Positions 12,286 to 24,014 of a stretch of 50,033 nt of DNA are shown in pieces. Every line of letters begins with the position of its first letter. Position 1 is the stretch's first letter. The DNA is from Halocafeteria seosinensis. Taxonomy: Eukaryota. Position numbers and translations under genes: made by a program. The stretch lies in the NCBI GenBank assembly GCA_001687465.1, contig LVLI01000272.1:1-50033 (forward strand), given 5' to 3'. The notes beneath the pieces are model-generated. The model saw only the letters and a list, made by a program, of their open reading frames with translations, was not told the origin of the DNA and ran no database searches.

Positions 12286-12717
12286 GCCGCCCATTTCTGC
12301 ATTTGTACCTGCTTGCTCCTAGGCTAGCCACGCTTCTCTGAGAGTGCTGTCGTTGTACTCGCTCGGTACACTTCTTCACGAAAATACCTCACACTTGATT
12401 GTTCACCTGCATCAAGTCAATGAGACAATGACGGCGCCATACGTTGATTGTACAGTAGTGGTAGAACCTACAGCTACGCCCCATTCCCTTGTCTGAAGCT
12501 GCCAATACAGTACAGGCAGGATGAATGGCACCTTTTTTTCATACCATAAGATACTGGCAATGCAATGCAAGGAAAGATTGCATGCTCGGATAGAGATCGA
12601 TCATCCATCATGATGGACTATGGTATACCACCACTACTGAATTATACTATTATGGGTCGAATACATATATGAGGTAGATATATAGTGAGCTAGTGTACAG
12701 GTTGGTCCCAGGTCAAA

Positions 12718-15700
12718 ATGCCTAGCTTTATCAAGCTGCATGTCATCCGTGCGCGCGGTCTTCCGACCATGGACCGTAGCACAGGACTGACAGATGCGTA
12801 TGTGGAAGTCCGATTTGGACAGGAAGAGGTACATAATTGCTCATTTACTTACTCCACTGTTGTTTAGCTTCCATTCTTCCACTGTCCTGCCTCCCTCATA
12901 CAGCGCCGAACTCCGGTTGTGCGTCGAACTCTACAGCCTCATTGGGACTATAAAGCTCGATTTGAGGTGGAAGATGATGATGAATTGATGAATGAACCTC
13001 TCGTATTGCAAGTTATGGATAAGGATGTCATTACAGCCGATGATATCATCGGGTTCGTCATGCTCCCTTTGGAACCCTTACTCGTCCGACGAGAAGGAAA
13101 GGATGGCCAAGAGCTATCTGGCTGGTTTCCTGTAAGTTGTAGGTTTTTGTTTCTCGTTGAGGGGGATCAAATATTATAAAGGCATAAATGCTTGACTGCA
13201 CCAGATATATGACACTATTGAAGGGATACGTGGAGAAATAGAAGTGACGGTACGGCTTCAGTCCTTTGGCGACACATGGCAAGGAGGAACGGAAGCACAC
13301 ACCACCATCAATTTCTTCAATGAGTCTACCTTAGTGCAAACGTAGGTGGTTTGGGACGAGGAAGAGCCGTGTTCATTTGGTAACGTTGTTGTATTGTCTT
13401 CTTGGCTTCACAGGCAATATCCTCAGCAGTGGATTATTGGATTTGTCGCGGAACTGCTGACAGAGGATGACCCCGAGTTTGACTGGAGTGATAGTTTCAG
13501 GAGCTCGCGAAAGTCGAATCAATCCAGACAGCTACTGCTTCATCGAATGGCCCACGCTTTGAGATCTCGAATTGCGAAGAAAGTTACCGATATTGGAGGA
13601 AATGCAGTAGTGGGGTATCGGCAGTGCTTTGATTTTGAAGGAGACTCTGGAATCGTTTCTAGAGCGTATGGGACGGCTGCGTATATCGTACACACAAATG
13701 AAATAGAAAAGCCAGCAGTAGTGAAACAAACCGAAGCCGAAACACAGGATGACGGAGCGGGGGCGCAAACGGAAGAAGAAAGTAAGGTTGATAGGGAAAG
13801 AACTGTTAAGTTTTGTTGGCACCCGTACATAGCAAAGGTTCTACAAGCATACCGTTCTTCGGCAAATGAAGCGAGCGAAACTGACGTATACGGGAGCTCA
13901 TCGAAACGGAGATCGTTTCAACTGGATGCGTCTCCCGGGGGAGAGTTCACCCCTGGAAACTATAACACATCTCCGACTCTCTCTTCGCGGTCCAAGAAAA
14001 TCCAACGGTCCACCAGCGAAGACTACTATTCAACCGTCTCAAGCCTGCCAGCGCGCAAGAAACCTACAGAGCGATATGTAGAGTTTACAAAGCACATATT
14101 CGGAGAGACCGTTGTGCCACTTCATCCAACAGTGAAGCCTCCGCGGCAGCACAAGCCTACTCAATCCAAGCAAGGCTCCTCCGTATCGTCTCCGGTTCCT
14201 GCAAATGACGATCTTCCCAGGGAAAAGTCGGCTGCAGGAGAAGGTTCGGCTACACATTCAACTGATCGCTTCCAAGGGAGTATTCAGATTCCTGATGGGT
14301 CAGTAAAATATAATTTTAGGAAGAAGAGTCCGCGTCCCTTACTGGCTGTAGATCCTCTTGGTGAACTGGAGATGGTCGGCTTAAATAGGAAAGGGTGGGT
14401 AATGGGCATACCGCCTGTAATGATCCATGAAACAGTTGCTGAGCTCGAGCATTTGATGGGCATTCCACAATGCACTGAGTTTAGTGACTTTGCCTTGCCA
14501 TCTTCAGAGAGTCCTCAAGTGTATTTGCTTAGTGACTCCTCCAATAGCATTTCTCAGCAAAAGAGCGTCTTCTTAAAGGATCAGCGGCCACTGGGAAGGT
14601 TTTGGGAGCGAACCGATTTCAGAGAGGATGAATTCCGCGCTGCCACGCGACAACGCCATAATTTTCGTAAAGGAGCACATCGTCGGGATGATGTTCAAAT
14701 ATTCTCTACCAACCGTCTTCCGCTTTATTCCCGTTGTAATGTCGGTGGTTTGATTGCTGCTCGATCAGTTAAGTACTTGGGACGTCTTCATGCGGACGTA
14801 CGTGTGCTACCGCTTAGAATGTGTAAAACATGTTTGAGTTGTGATGCAAATTAGCAATGGCTACGCAGGTTTACGACCGGGATCGCCGAGACCAGTGGTG
14901 GACAGAGTTGCGTGATGAGCTCAAGCAGCACGCTCTTCGGCTGCGTTGCTCACAAATTCTAGGCTACGAAGAATCTGTGATAATATCGGAAGATGTGGCC
15001 ATCTTGAGCATTACAGGAACAGCTGTTCGATTAAGGAACCTCCGGCAGAAAGAATGGGACCTGGTGTGTTCCGAGCGGAGAGACTGCTTGCTGAAACGCT
15101 CACAAAAGTGTGCTGAACTTCTAAACGAGCTGGATGCTAATCACGTTACGAGCCAGTGTTCCAATATCCCCGTTGGCGAGCCCCCACTACCTTTCGGACG
15201 TTATAACTCGAAACATGGGGCTTGCTCCTGTTTACATCTGCCTTTTCACCATCGCCATGCAGTGTTCCACAACGTGCGTGTGGTGCGATGCGGCATGTGC
15301 AATCACGGCTGGGTGCCTGAGACTTTGCTGGCAACAGTGGAACCTCCTTCGTGGTTGCCAATAACAGGAAATCAGCAATGCGTGGAGGCACATGCCGTCC
15401 GGTCCAAAGAAAAGTAAGTTTATATGCTGGGGCATACTGTTCTGTTATAAGAGCTCTATACACAAATACCTTGCCGCAGAAGCGGAGGGGAGCAGGACTG
15501 TGTAGCGGTATCTAAGGAGCTTTTATTTATTGAGTATGAGGCCCATCAACAGTTTGTTATGAAGCTAAAAATCCATGGCTTCAACGCTGCGTTCAATGTT
15601 CAGTCCCATCTGGGATTAAGCAAGAACCACCTAGTATTGACTGTTACAGGAACGGGGGTATTGCTAGATGCATTGCCTGTGCCTCCTGTCATGCGGATCA

Positions 15701-18012
15701 AACGTCCGCATTCCTCTCTGCTAACTGAAAGGGGACTGTGGCATGCGTACTTGTGGGAGTTGGGGCTGAACCAAGGGATAAGAAGTGCCGAAGGTGAGGT
15801 TACGCTTGACAAATGTGTGGAGAATCTTTCCGCGTGGCACAGCGCCTCAATGACCCTTGCATTGCGTAAGAAAGAGCAACTTCTTCAAGAGCTTCTTAGA
15901 CATGATGGTAGTGTGGCCCACCACGTTGCTGAGTTAGTTAAGAGATATCATGAAAAATACGGCCATTTTATGGAGTCCATAAGTCCTTCGAAAAAATCAG
16001 CAAGCAAACAATTCATTGGCAACGTTGACAAGCTATCGCTTGCTTCTTCCACAACGGTCACATCAAACGAGGACTCAACTATTGACGATGGGAGCGATGA
16101 GACCTCTTCCAGCTCGAGTGCAGAGTCGAGCCGCTCATCGGACAGCTCTGAATCGGAAAGCGACGCTCCGGCTAGTGACGGCGATGGCAGCTCAGTAGAG
16201 TCTGTATCAGATGACGATCTTGAAGAACGATACAAGGATAAGAAAAAACAATATATTTTTAATGTCGACGATGAGCATGATGAGAACGTTTTGACGTCTG
16301 TGTTGGACCGACGCCTTCCCGCTGGTGTTACGACTTCGACTCTACATGATTGCGTGCAAATTCGCCCGTTCTTGTTGGGAGGGCTTCAAGTTCCAACCTT
16401 ACATTCGATGAAGAAGATTGCAACGCACAGACTTGGAAGTAGAAGCAGTGATGGGAGTGGCGAATTGTCCTCTAACGGCCAGTTGGCCGAGGAGCAAACG
16501 GCCGAAAGAGTTACATCTGTCACCGGCCCGTTGTATCGTCTGATTCGAAAGCTTTCCCCCCGCCACAGGCTCGTGAGTGTTAGAGCAGCATTGGAAAATG
16601 CCGTCGCCATCGGAAGTGGATGTGAGGAATCTCAGCACGACGATGCTACCCCCGAAGTGTACCAATTGCGAAAGCGTGCTTCAGCTATGAGGAACAATCC
16701 ACGGCTTCTCATTATAATAATGAGATTCAACTGGAGTCAAACAATAATGGAAATCGCTTCGAAGGCATCGTTGCAAACGGGAAAGAGGTACGATGCGGCA
16801 CCGTCCTTTTCTGCACCAAAAGCTACGGAAGAAACTGACGACGACGGTTCAGCTTCAGCTAACGTCTCTACCGGGATGTGGAGTCAGCTGACCTCTCACA
16901 TGAAAAAAGTTCGATTCACAAGGAAGCAGAAGCAACGAAATGATGAGATAGAAGAGACGGTTACTGACACCGATCAGGGTAGCTCGGGAGAGGGTGGCAG
17001 TGCAATCTCAGATGCTTCACGAAGTGAGTTCCAGGTAAACGAAACCGACGCTTTGAACATGATGTACCAGACAGCTTTGTCGAAGCTATGCTATCAAGCG
17101 AAGAACAACATCCCCTGTAGCTTAAGTGGAATTGAATCGTCGGTGGATTTGCCTGACTCACACACGGTGGAAATTAAGATGACAGCGACGCTGGTGCCTT
17201 CTGTCAATCCGTGGATCAACTTTGAGGCAGACGAAGGCAATGCTCTCCCCGTGGAACGCTTATCCACTCAACCTTCGCTGCAGTCGGGTCTCTCTTGGTT
17301 TTTTGTCGGGTACGATGATGTGTGGGGCAAATTGAATAGCACCAGTAACTCGGCGTTAGGAGACACACTCGCGAGAGGTAAGGCGCCCCCCTGCTTACTC
17401 CCTCCCGCATTAGAGCGTCTGTACGGGGATCGAGTCACGCATTCCAACACGTCCATTTACGAAGAAGGTGTTGCTAGCATCGAGGGTGCATTAAGAGAAA
17501 CCAACCTTGGAACGGGCCAACGGAGGCCCGAGTATATGAAAGATTCGTCTATAATGATGGTTTCGGTAGGCTCTCTCCCGGGCATGTATGTGAAGTATCA
17601 TCTCGGAAGGATAAATATGCATTTTGTGAGAGAGTCTATTGATGTCAAACCTAGTGAGGATGGTTTAAGCCGTTTTGACTACTCTCTCGTTCAAGAGGTC
17701 CATGCATACGTGCGAGCATATATAGCAGCGTTAGGTGGTAACGCACTCCTTCATTATAGTTTGACTTGTCAGTCGAATCCAGGGTCCGTTGCAAGAAACA
17801 GTGCGTACCGGGTCGTTAGTGTGTCAGGCGACGTCGCAGAGCTAGTTGCAGAACGCGATTGTGGATACGGATACTATGACGGATCAGCATCTGGGTACCC
17901 TGTTGTCGCCACCGATTTTGAGGCTCAAAATGACAAACAGGGTAAGGGAAAACCTCCTTCCCCAGCATCTCGGTATTCCTCCGAAGATCGAGGAATGTTT
18001 GATTCCCTTTAG
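12718..18012 (+). CDS. C2CD5: C2 domain-containing protein 5 (C2CD5/KIAA0528)-like, about 6 exons
   Basis: N-terminal C2 domain MPSFIKLHVIRARGLPTMDRSTGLTDAYVEVRFG. Conserved blocks DDPEFDWSDSFR, GGNAVVGYRQCFDFEG, AARSVKYL, RDQWWTELRDE, YHLGRINMHFVRES and ALGGNALL..VSVSGD. Introns near 12829-12903, 13132-13204, ~13341-13413, ~14798-14868 and ~15414-15479. Confidence 0.9.
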
Positions 18013-18187
18013 GGGATCTTTCCGCGGTGCGAAATATCTTGCCTTTTGGTTGAAGTCTAGACCAGCGAGAGGTGTTGGAGAGAGAGCATCAGATACGGTG
18101 CAGTGTGGGCTTCGTAAAAGACCGTATACGAACTACAGAATGGAAGATTGCCATGGGGCTCAATCGTTCGTATTAATATTCTTGCTA

Positions 18188-18865
18188 TTATTGGCAGATG
18201 CAGCTACTTTTAGGTTCCTGCGCCCCATCGAGTTTTTCCTGGGTGCTTGCTGATCCGATTCCACAATTCTGCGCGGAATCGAAGCCAGATTGATGAACAT
18301 TGATGATTGGTGTCAATCGGTCATCTGATTCGTCCTCTTCGGCTTGCATCGCTTGGGATGTGGCACAGTTAAGTTCTGCCGATCCAACGAGTGCTTCTTT
18401 TTGTGGCTGGCAGTCTTCTTCCGTAGATTCGTCCCCTTCTCCATAGCTGGTGTCCTCGCGAGATGGGTCACGAAGCACTGCGTTCCTCTCCATGATTTGC
18501 TGATTCTCGTTTGCCTCTTGTATTGTGATGGTTTCTCCCCTGTGGACAGATAATCTTGTGAGGTTTCCGGGTGCTTCGACATCCTCGTCCGAGGACTTAA
18601 TATACTGATTCTCGTTTGCCCCTTGTATTGCGATGGTCTCAGTTTTGTGACGAGATAGTTTGGTGGTGGGTTGTTCGTCATAGTAAACCGGGAATTCGAT
18701 ATCCTCCTCCGAGGGCTCAATATACAGGCAACGAACACCTCGTGTTTGGACTCGTGTAGCTCTTGGACTGTATTGCATGGCGATTTGACGGCATAGCGCC
18801 CCCGAAAATTTACACAACATAACATACCATTTCGCCGGTCTTGCTCTGAACGGTTCATTCGTCAA
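18188..18865 (-). CDS. Hypothetical acidic low-complexity protein with an internal duplication
   Basis: 225-aa ORF with the duplicated peptide ETIAIQGANENQYI / ETITIQEANENQQI. True start uncertain. Confidence 0.4.
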   Translation of the reverse strand: MTNEPFRARPAKWYVMLCKFSGALCRQIAMQYSPRATRVQTRGVRCLYIEPSEEDIEFPVYYDEQPTTKLSRHKTETIAIQGANENQYIKSSDEDVEAPGNLTRLSVHRGETITIQEANENQQIMERNAVLRDPSREDTSYGEGDESTEEDCQPQKEALVGSAELNCATSQAMQAEEDESDDRLTPIINVHQSGFDSAQNCGIGSASTQEKLDGAQEPKSSCICQ

Positions 18866-19674
18866 TTGGCGGCGCCAATGATCATTTTGTTGGAAGGGCG
18901 TCGCCGCCTGAGCTCCGTGGATGACCTGTGAATCATTGTCCTCCCTTTTTCTCGAAGGCGGGTACTATGCATAATAATCAAACTTACAGGTCGCTTCATT
19001 CTTAGGGTGCTGGGGGATTATGTATCTGTCCGCTGTCCGATGATGCTCAGATCTTGGAAGTCGTTGTATAGCGTCGTCGATATCAATGCACGCACGATGT
19101 TGTTGAACAAGCTGAGAACAAAAGAACAAAGAGCCCAAGAAAGAACACTGCAACAAAGATAGTTTGGTAGGTTCAAAGAAAGATTGTCCTTTCAGTGGCT
19201 CTTGGAAGTCTGAACGTCTTGAGACACATACTGCGTCACTCGTAACAAGGCCATTGCCCGGCCCTTGTTGCCCACAACAAGGGATCTTACTTACCAGAGT
19301 GTTAATGAACGGTGTCAGCGGTATGCACCAATAACACCAGTTAAGAAACAGTCAACCCTGAACATAAAATGCTACTTCATTACCCTCTTTGGCCTGCATT
19401 CAGGCATGGAAGACAAGGAAGAACAACCATTGTCGTAAGTGAATGAAATGTTTGTCGGTTCGTTGGTGAAATGCTGGGAGCAGCTGGGCTGCATGCAGCC
19501 TGGGAGGCCCTGCGGCACCACGGGCACGGCTGCCGGGCTGGCATTGCCTGGCAATCAGGCTGATGCCCTCCGTCAGAGCATCGCTCTGATGGAAGGATGC
19601 TATGTTGGACTCGTGAGGAAGCTCTCTGGGAATGAATGGGATTGCGGGGGTCTTTTTGTATATCAAGGAGACAG

Positions 19675-20793
19675 ATGGCAAGCACCAGCAGAGCCAACGA
19701 AACAACTGCAGCCTCTCCGCAGCAGCAAGCCGAAGAATGGAACCGGAGAGGCCTGGCAGCGAAGGATGCCAAAGAAAAGGTAGAGTGCTACCGGAAAGCA
19801 GCACAGCTGGATCCAAAGAACCCGCACTATCTGAAGAGGAAGGGCGTCTCGTTGGGCTACCTAGGCCGTTATGAGGAAGCCATCACATGTGTTGAACAGG
19901 CAATCGCGGTGGATCCCAACTTTGAGCAGGCTTACAAGGAGAAAGGCGTGGCACTAGGCTACTTAGGTCGCTTCCAGGAAGGAATATTGTGCTTAGATCA
20001 AGCGATTGCATTGGCTGGCAACAACAAGGAGGCTTACAAGGAGAAGGGTGTATTGCTGGCTAACTGGGGTTATAATGAAGAAGCCATCTCGTGTTATGAT
20101 CAAGCACTTGCATTGGATGCCAACTACAAGGAAGCTTATCAACAGAGAGGTGTATCGTTGGCTGAACTAGGTCGGGATGAGGAAGCCATCCCGTGTTTTG
20201 ATCAGGCGATTGCACTGGATGCCAACTACCAGCGGGCTTACTATGAGAAAGGTGCGTCACTGCATGGTCTAGGTCGTTATGAGGAAGCCATCTCGTGCTA
20301 TGATCAAGCGATTGCATTGGATGGTAACGATGTAGAAACTTATCAACAGAAGGGTGTATCTTTGAGTGAACTGGGTCATCACGAGCAAGCCGTCTCGTGT
20401 TATGAGCAAGTGATAGCATTGGATGCTAACGACACTGAAGCTCACGAACAGAAGGGTGTATCCTTGTATTCCCTAGATCGTTACGAGGAGGCCATCTTGT
20501 GTTGTGAACAAGCGATTGCACTGGATCCCAACTGTGACTCAGCTTATAAGACCAAAGGTATATCGTTGTTCCAGTTAGGGCACCATGAAGAGGCCCTCGA
20601 ATACCTAAATATGGCTATCGCGATAAACCCACAGACTAAACGCCACTACCTTTGGAAGGGCAGAATCTTACATACACTGCAAAAGTACAGTGAGGCCATC
20701 CAGTGCTTTCAAAAAGAACTTGAGCTTAATTCTAGCTGTGAAGAAGCAGTTGACGGCAAAACTGAGGCCCAAACTCAGTTAGAGTCACAGTGA
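19675..20793 (+). CDS. Intronless tetratricopeptide-repeat protein (about 10 TPRs)
   Basis: 34-aa repeats AYxxKGVxLxxLGRxEEAIxCxDQAIALD with 102-bp nucleotide periodicity (gaagccatctcgtgYtatgatcaagc at 20080 and 20284). ATG 19675 is the likely start; ATG 19636 is an alternative. Confidence 0.92.
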   Translation: MASTSRANETTAASPQQQAEEWNRRGLAAKDAKEKVECYRKAAQLDPKNPHYLKRKGVSLGYLGRYEEAITCVEQAIAVDPNFEQAYKEKGVALGYLGRFQEGILCLDQAIALAGNNKEAYKEKGVLLANWGYNEEAISCYDQALALDANYKEAYQQRGVSLAELGRDEEAIPCFDQAIALDANYQRAYYEKGASLHGLGRYEEAISCYDQAIALDGNDVETYQQKGVSLSELGHHEQAVSCYEQVIALDANDTEAHEQKGVSLYSLDRYEEAILCCEQAIALDPNCDSAYKTKGISLFQLGHHEEALEYLNMAIAINPQTKRHYLWKGRILHTLQKYSEAIQCFQKELELNSSCEEAVDGKTEAQTQLESQ

Positions 20794-21209
20794 AACCGAT
20801 GGCTCCCGTGAACGGAATCCGGTGGCAATGTAATGAAGCGGTGTGGGTAACGTTATCGCAAGTGAAAGAGGAAAACGAGTTCCCGCAAAGAAGTTGGAAG
20901 AATTGGCAAGTTGCTTGGTTGACATCCTCGATCCGATCCGCCAGTCTCAAATTGGCGATGCTGCCGCATGATTTACGATGCGCAAACGGTAACTCCTAAA
21001 CTGAAGTTAGAGATTGGTCTTACAGGCAGTCATGGGAGATCTATGCTGGTTACATTTTGATGTGTCTTGTTGATTTACAACACCTGTGTCCTATCGGACT
21101 TGGGTAAAATAGACTACCTCCGAAGTACCTGCGTCAAACCGAAAACCATTTGAACGAAAAGAAACGTACAGATTACAGATATGCTCAATCTTTTCCGACG
21201 AGGTTCCGA

Positions 21210-22102
21210 AAAAAGTCACAGACGTGCTGCTGTGTCCAAACCCTCTCCTCCTCGAGAGAAGGCTACCCTGAGGATGACCTCATACAGGATGTTCCGGAAG
21301 AAAATGTGTCCAAGTTCCGCTGTTTGTCTCGATAAATGGCTGCCCCGAGTATTTTTTCATGCAGGAAACGGAGCACTGGATGTGTCTCAACATTGAAGGA
21401 ATCGGTTAGTGTCTGGAAAATTGTTTTCCCATGGGAGTGGGGAGTGTGAACGTTAACTTGTAGATGTGCGCCATACGTCATGACCCACCATAATACTCTT
21501 GCCGCCTCCATTCGGGTCTTCTCCTGCCAACTACGGTCAGATATGAACGCGGTGAGCTGTGTTGTCGGCGAGCTCCCTTGGCTTTGAAAGTAGGCGTCCC
21601 AGGTGCTGAAGGGAACGATGGAAAGACATGCAGTTAACATTTCTCCCCATTCACAGGGATCTATAGAAAATATTGAAAAGTGCATGATGAGCACCAACCA
21701 TGGTGTCATCATGAACTTTTCTCCGGTAGATGAGGGCACCTCGCCGGGTACGTCGAGGATCTTGGCCATCTCTTCAGGATGTTGCTTCACAAGGGAATAA
21801 AGAAGAGTTGGAAAACTGGGGTTAGTTCCTGACTGGAGGATCGCTTCAAGTAGGGGGTTTCTACTCCCATGGACCCTGTTTTGCAAATAGTTCTTTCGGA
21901 AGAGGAGAATGGCTCGGCGGAAGCCTTCCTGAGGGACCAAGGAAACGGGCAGACATGACAAGCTGGGTACTTCCGGGTCCTGTGATCCGTGCCAGTGTTC
22001 TGCCCTGGATCCCAAAGGGTCAACAGGAGCAAACGGGGCATCGAAAGTATGCGGAGCATAGTGTTCCTGCGTAAAATTTGCACACTGGGTGCAATGTGAC
22101 AT
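21210..22102 (-). pseudogene. Truncated paralog of the 10128-12285 ankyrin/RING gene
   Basis: Shares MTPW, IP..W, VNV.TP...GK...QTL.DS...ET.P with the 681-aa ORF. Beyond the TAG at 21263-21265 the same frame continues PSLEEERVWTQQHVC, which aligns without gaps to PESTSPKDWYQHDQC. Confidence 0.7.
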
Positions 22103-24014
22103 AACAACTGGGTCTACCTATAGTATCTTACACTCTCCGTTCTCTCCCGCGTGACCCTGCTTAACTCACCCGCTGCACTAAGTAACTTGTTGCCGGCACT
22201 CTGCATAATTGTTGTTCAAGTGCAAGTTCGCCCGAACAGGCGCTGACATTGTCGCGAGGGCCTGCTTACAATTTTCAGGGAGGAATTCATTGTTCGAAGG
22301 AGTCTGCGTTCAACCAATACATAATGTTTATCCAGCGTTGCTGTTTAAGAAACGTGACCCATGACGATTCTCATTTTGCCCTCGTCGCCCCCTTCCCCTT
22401 TCGTTTTTGTTCTCCTGGAGGACCCCTTTAGGCTTTCTCACCAAACAACAATGTCCAACTAAAGTAAAGAAACTACATACTTACATCCCACGGTTGCCGA
22501 CTCGACAACTATTAGACAGACCAAAAGCGAAACTGAGGGGTGAAGATAGGGACTAACGAATTTGATTGTTTTCGTGTCTAGCATTCCAAAATCGATCTCG
22601 TTGGGGACGCTAACAACAAGTTTCACAACGAAAGTGAATGCAGTTCACAACGAAAGTGAAAGCGTATTTTCTCGGAGAAATGCTGTGCACACGTTCCTCT
22701 GTACACGTTGCTGCGCGGCTTCACAACATGGGGTTTCACTGAACGCAACTATAACGTTTGCCTGTAACTTTCACAAAATAATCGAAACACTTGAGCGTCT
22801 GCGGGAGCAGCCACTCCATCATGTTCCTCGCGAGGAAAACACGGAGCCTGACCGTCTAGCCAAATGAAGCAATTGATCGGAAGGACATAATGTTTTGCAA
22901 TTATTCTACGGGAGAATACTTCTTGGGAAATCCGGAGTCTCTGGATGAATACAATCGGCAACACGTTCACCTTCGTTGTGAAATTTTATTTCACTTCCAT
23001 CGCAAAGCTGCGCAACGCGTACACGAGACAATCGTGCGATTCGGGAATCGGTAGGCTTTTCTTTTGCCATTTCGTACTGTTAGGAGAATGCGCTCGGGGA
23101 CAGCTGCTGCGCAGGTGGTATAGTAGCGTAGCGTATGTGCACGTATATCGTGGGTAGATGCTGCGCAGCGCGTTGGGGGACCAAAGAAGGTGAAAGAACA
23201 GGGTGGTGATGAGACCATTCAGTTGTACAACAATTACCTCGCCCTACTCTTTAGCCTCAGAATAGCGTACGCCAAGGAAAAAGTTCATGCACCTATAAAT
23301 TAACATATACACACATGACGAGTATTTTGCAGTATACACGTATCACTTGGCCAAAGAGGAAGGGGGAGGCAAGGGGGACAAAAAGGAAAGGGCAAGATTC
23401 GGCGTATCGGGCATCTTACATATCACCGTTAGTCTTCATACCCTTCCCATTTGATACGCAGAGTATACACGTAAGAGTGAGAGAGGGGATGAGGCATGGT
23501 GCAAATTCGGGGCAACGATTTTCGCAAGAAAGCGCGCTTGTTGAAGCCAACCCCCCAAGGTGGCAAAATTGGCAATGCCACCATGCATTGCCTTGCCACG
23601 CTTGCCTGTCTTGATTTATTGTTCGTATATGTTCATTCTCGTTTCGCATAAAGGAAAGAAAGGCTGACATACCTACGATGGACACCACATAATCACTAAT
23701 TTTTGCCAAACAAGGGATTGAATAGCCTACCTAGGTAAGGTACTCGGGGCATGGAAGCAAGGTTGTTTGAGGTGTTGAATGTCCTTGTTTGTGGGACCAG
23801 AGAGTCTATGGATGAATAATTTTCTATTCGCAAGGATATGTGGTCATAGAGGATACAGATAAAAGGTGCTTTGCACGATTTGTTTGCCTTTGGCGCTGGT
23901 ACAAGGGTGTTTTGCCCTTTTTCTCCTTGCTCCTGTCCGATTCCTCGGCTGTGTTGCTTTATTGATGGATTCTCATGTCTTACAGAAACACAAATAAATC
24001 GTGCTTCTGGGAAA

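Noticed and set aside
19372..19874. Several overlapping GC-rich ORFs upstream of and overlapping the TPR gene
   Set aside because: No recognisable domains; consistent with chance ORFs in GC-rich sequence.
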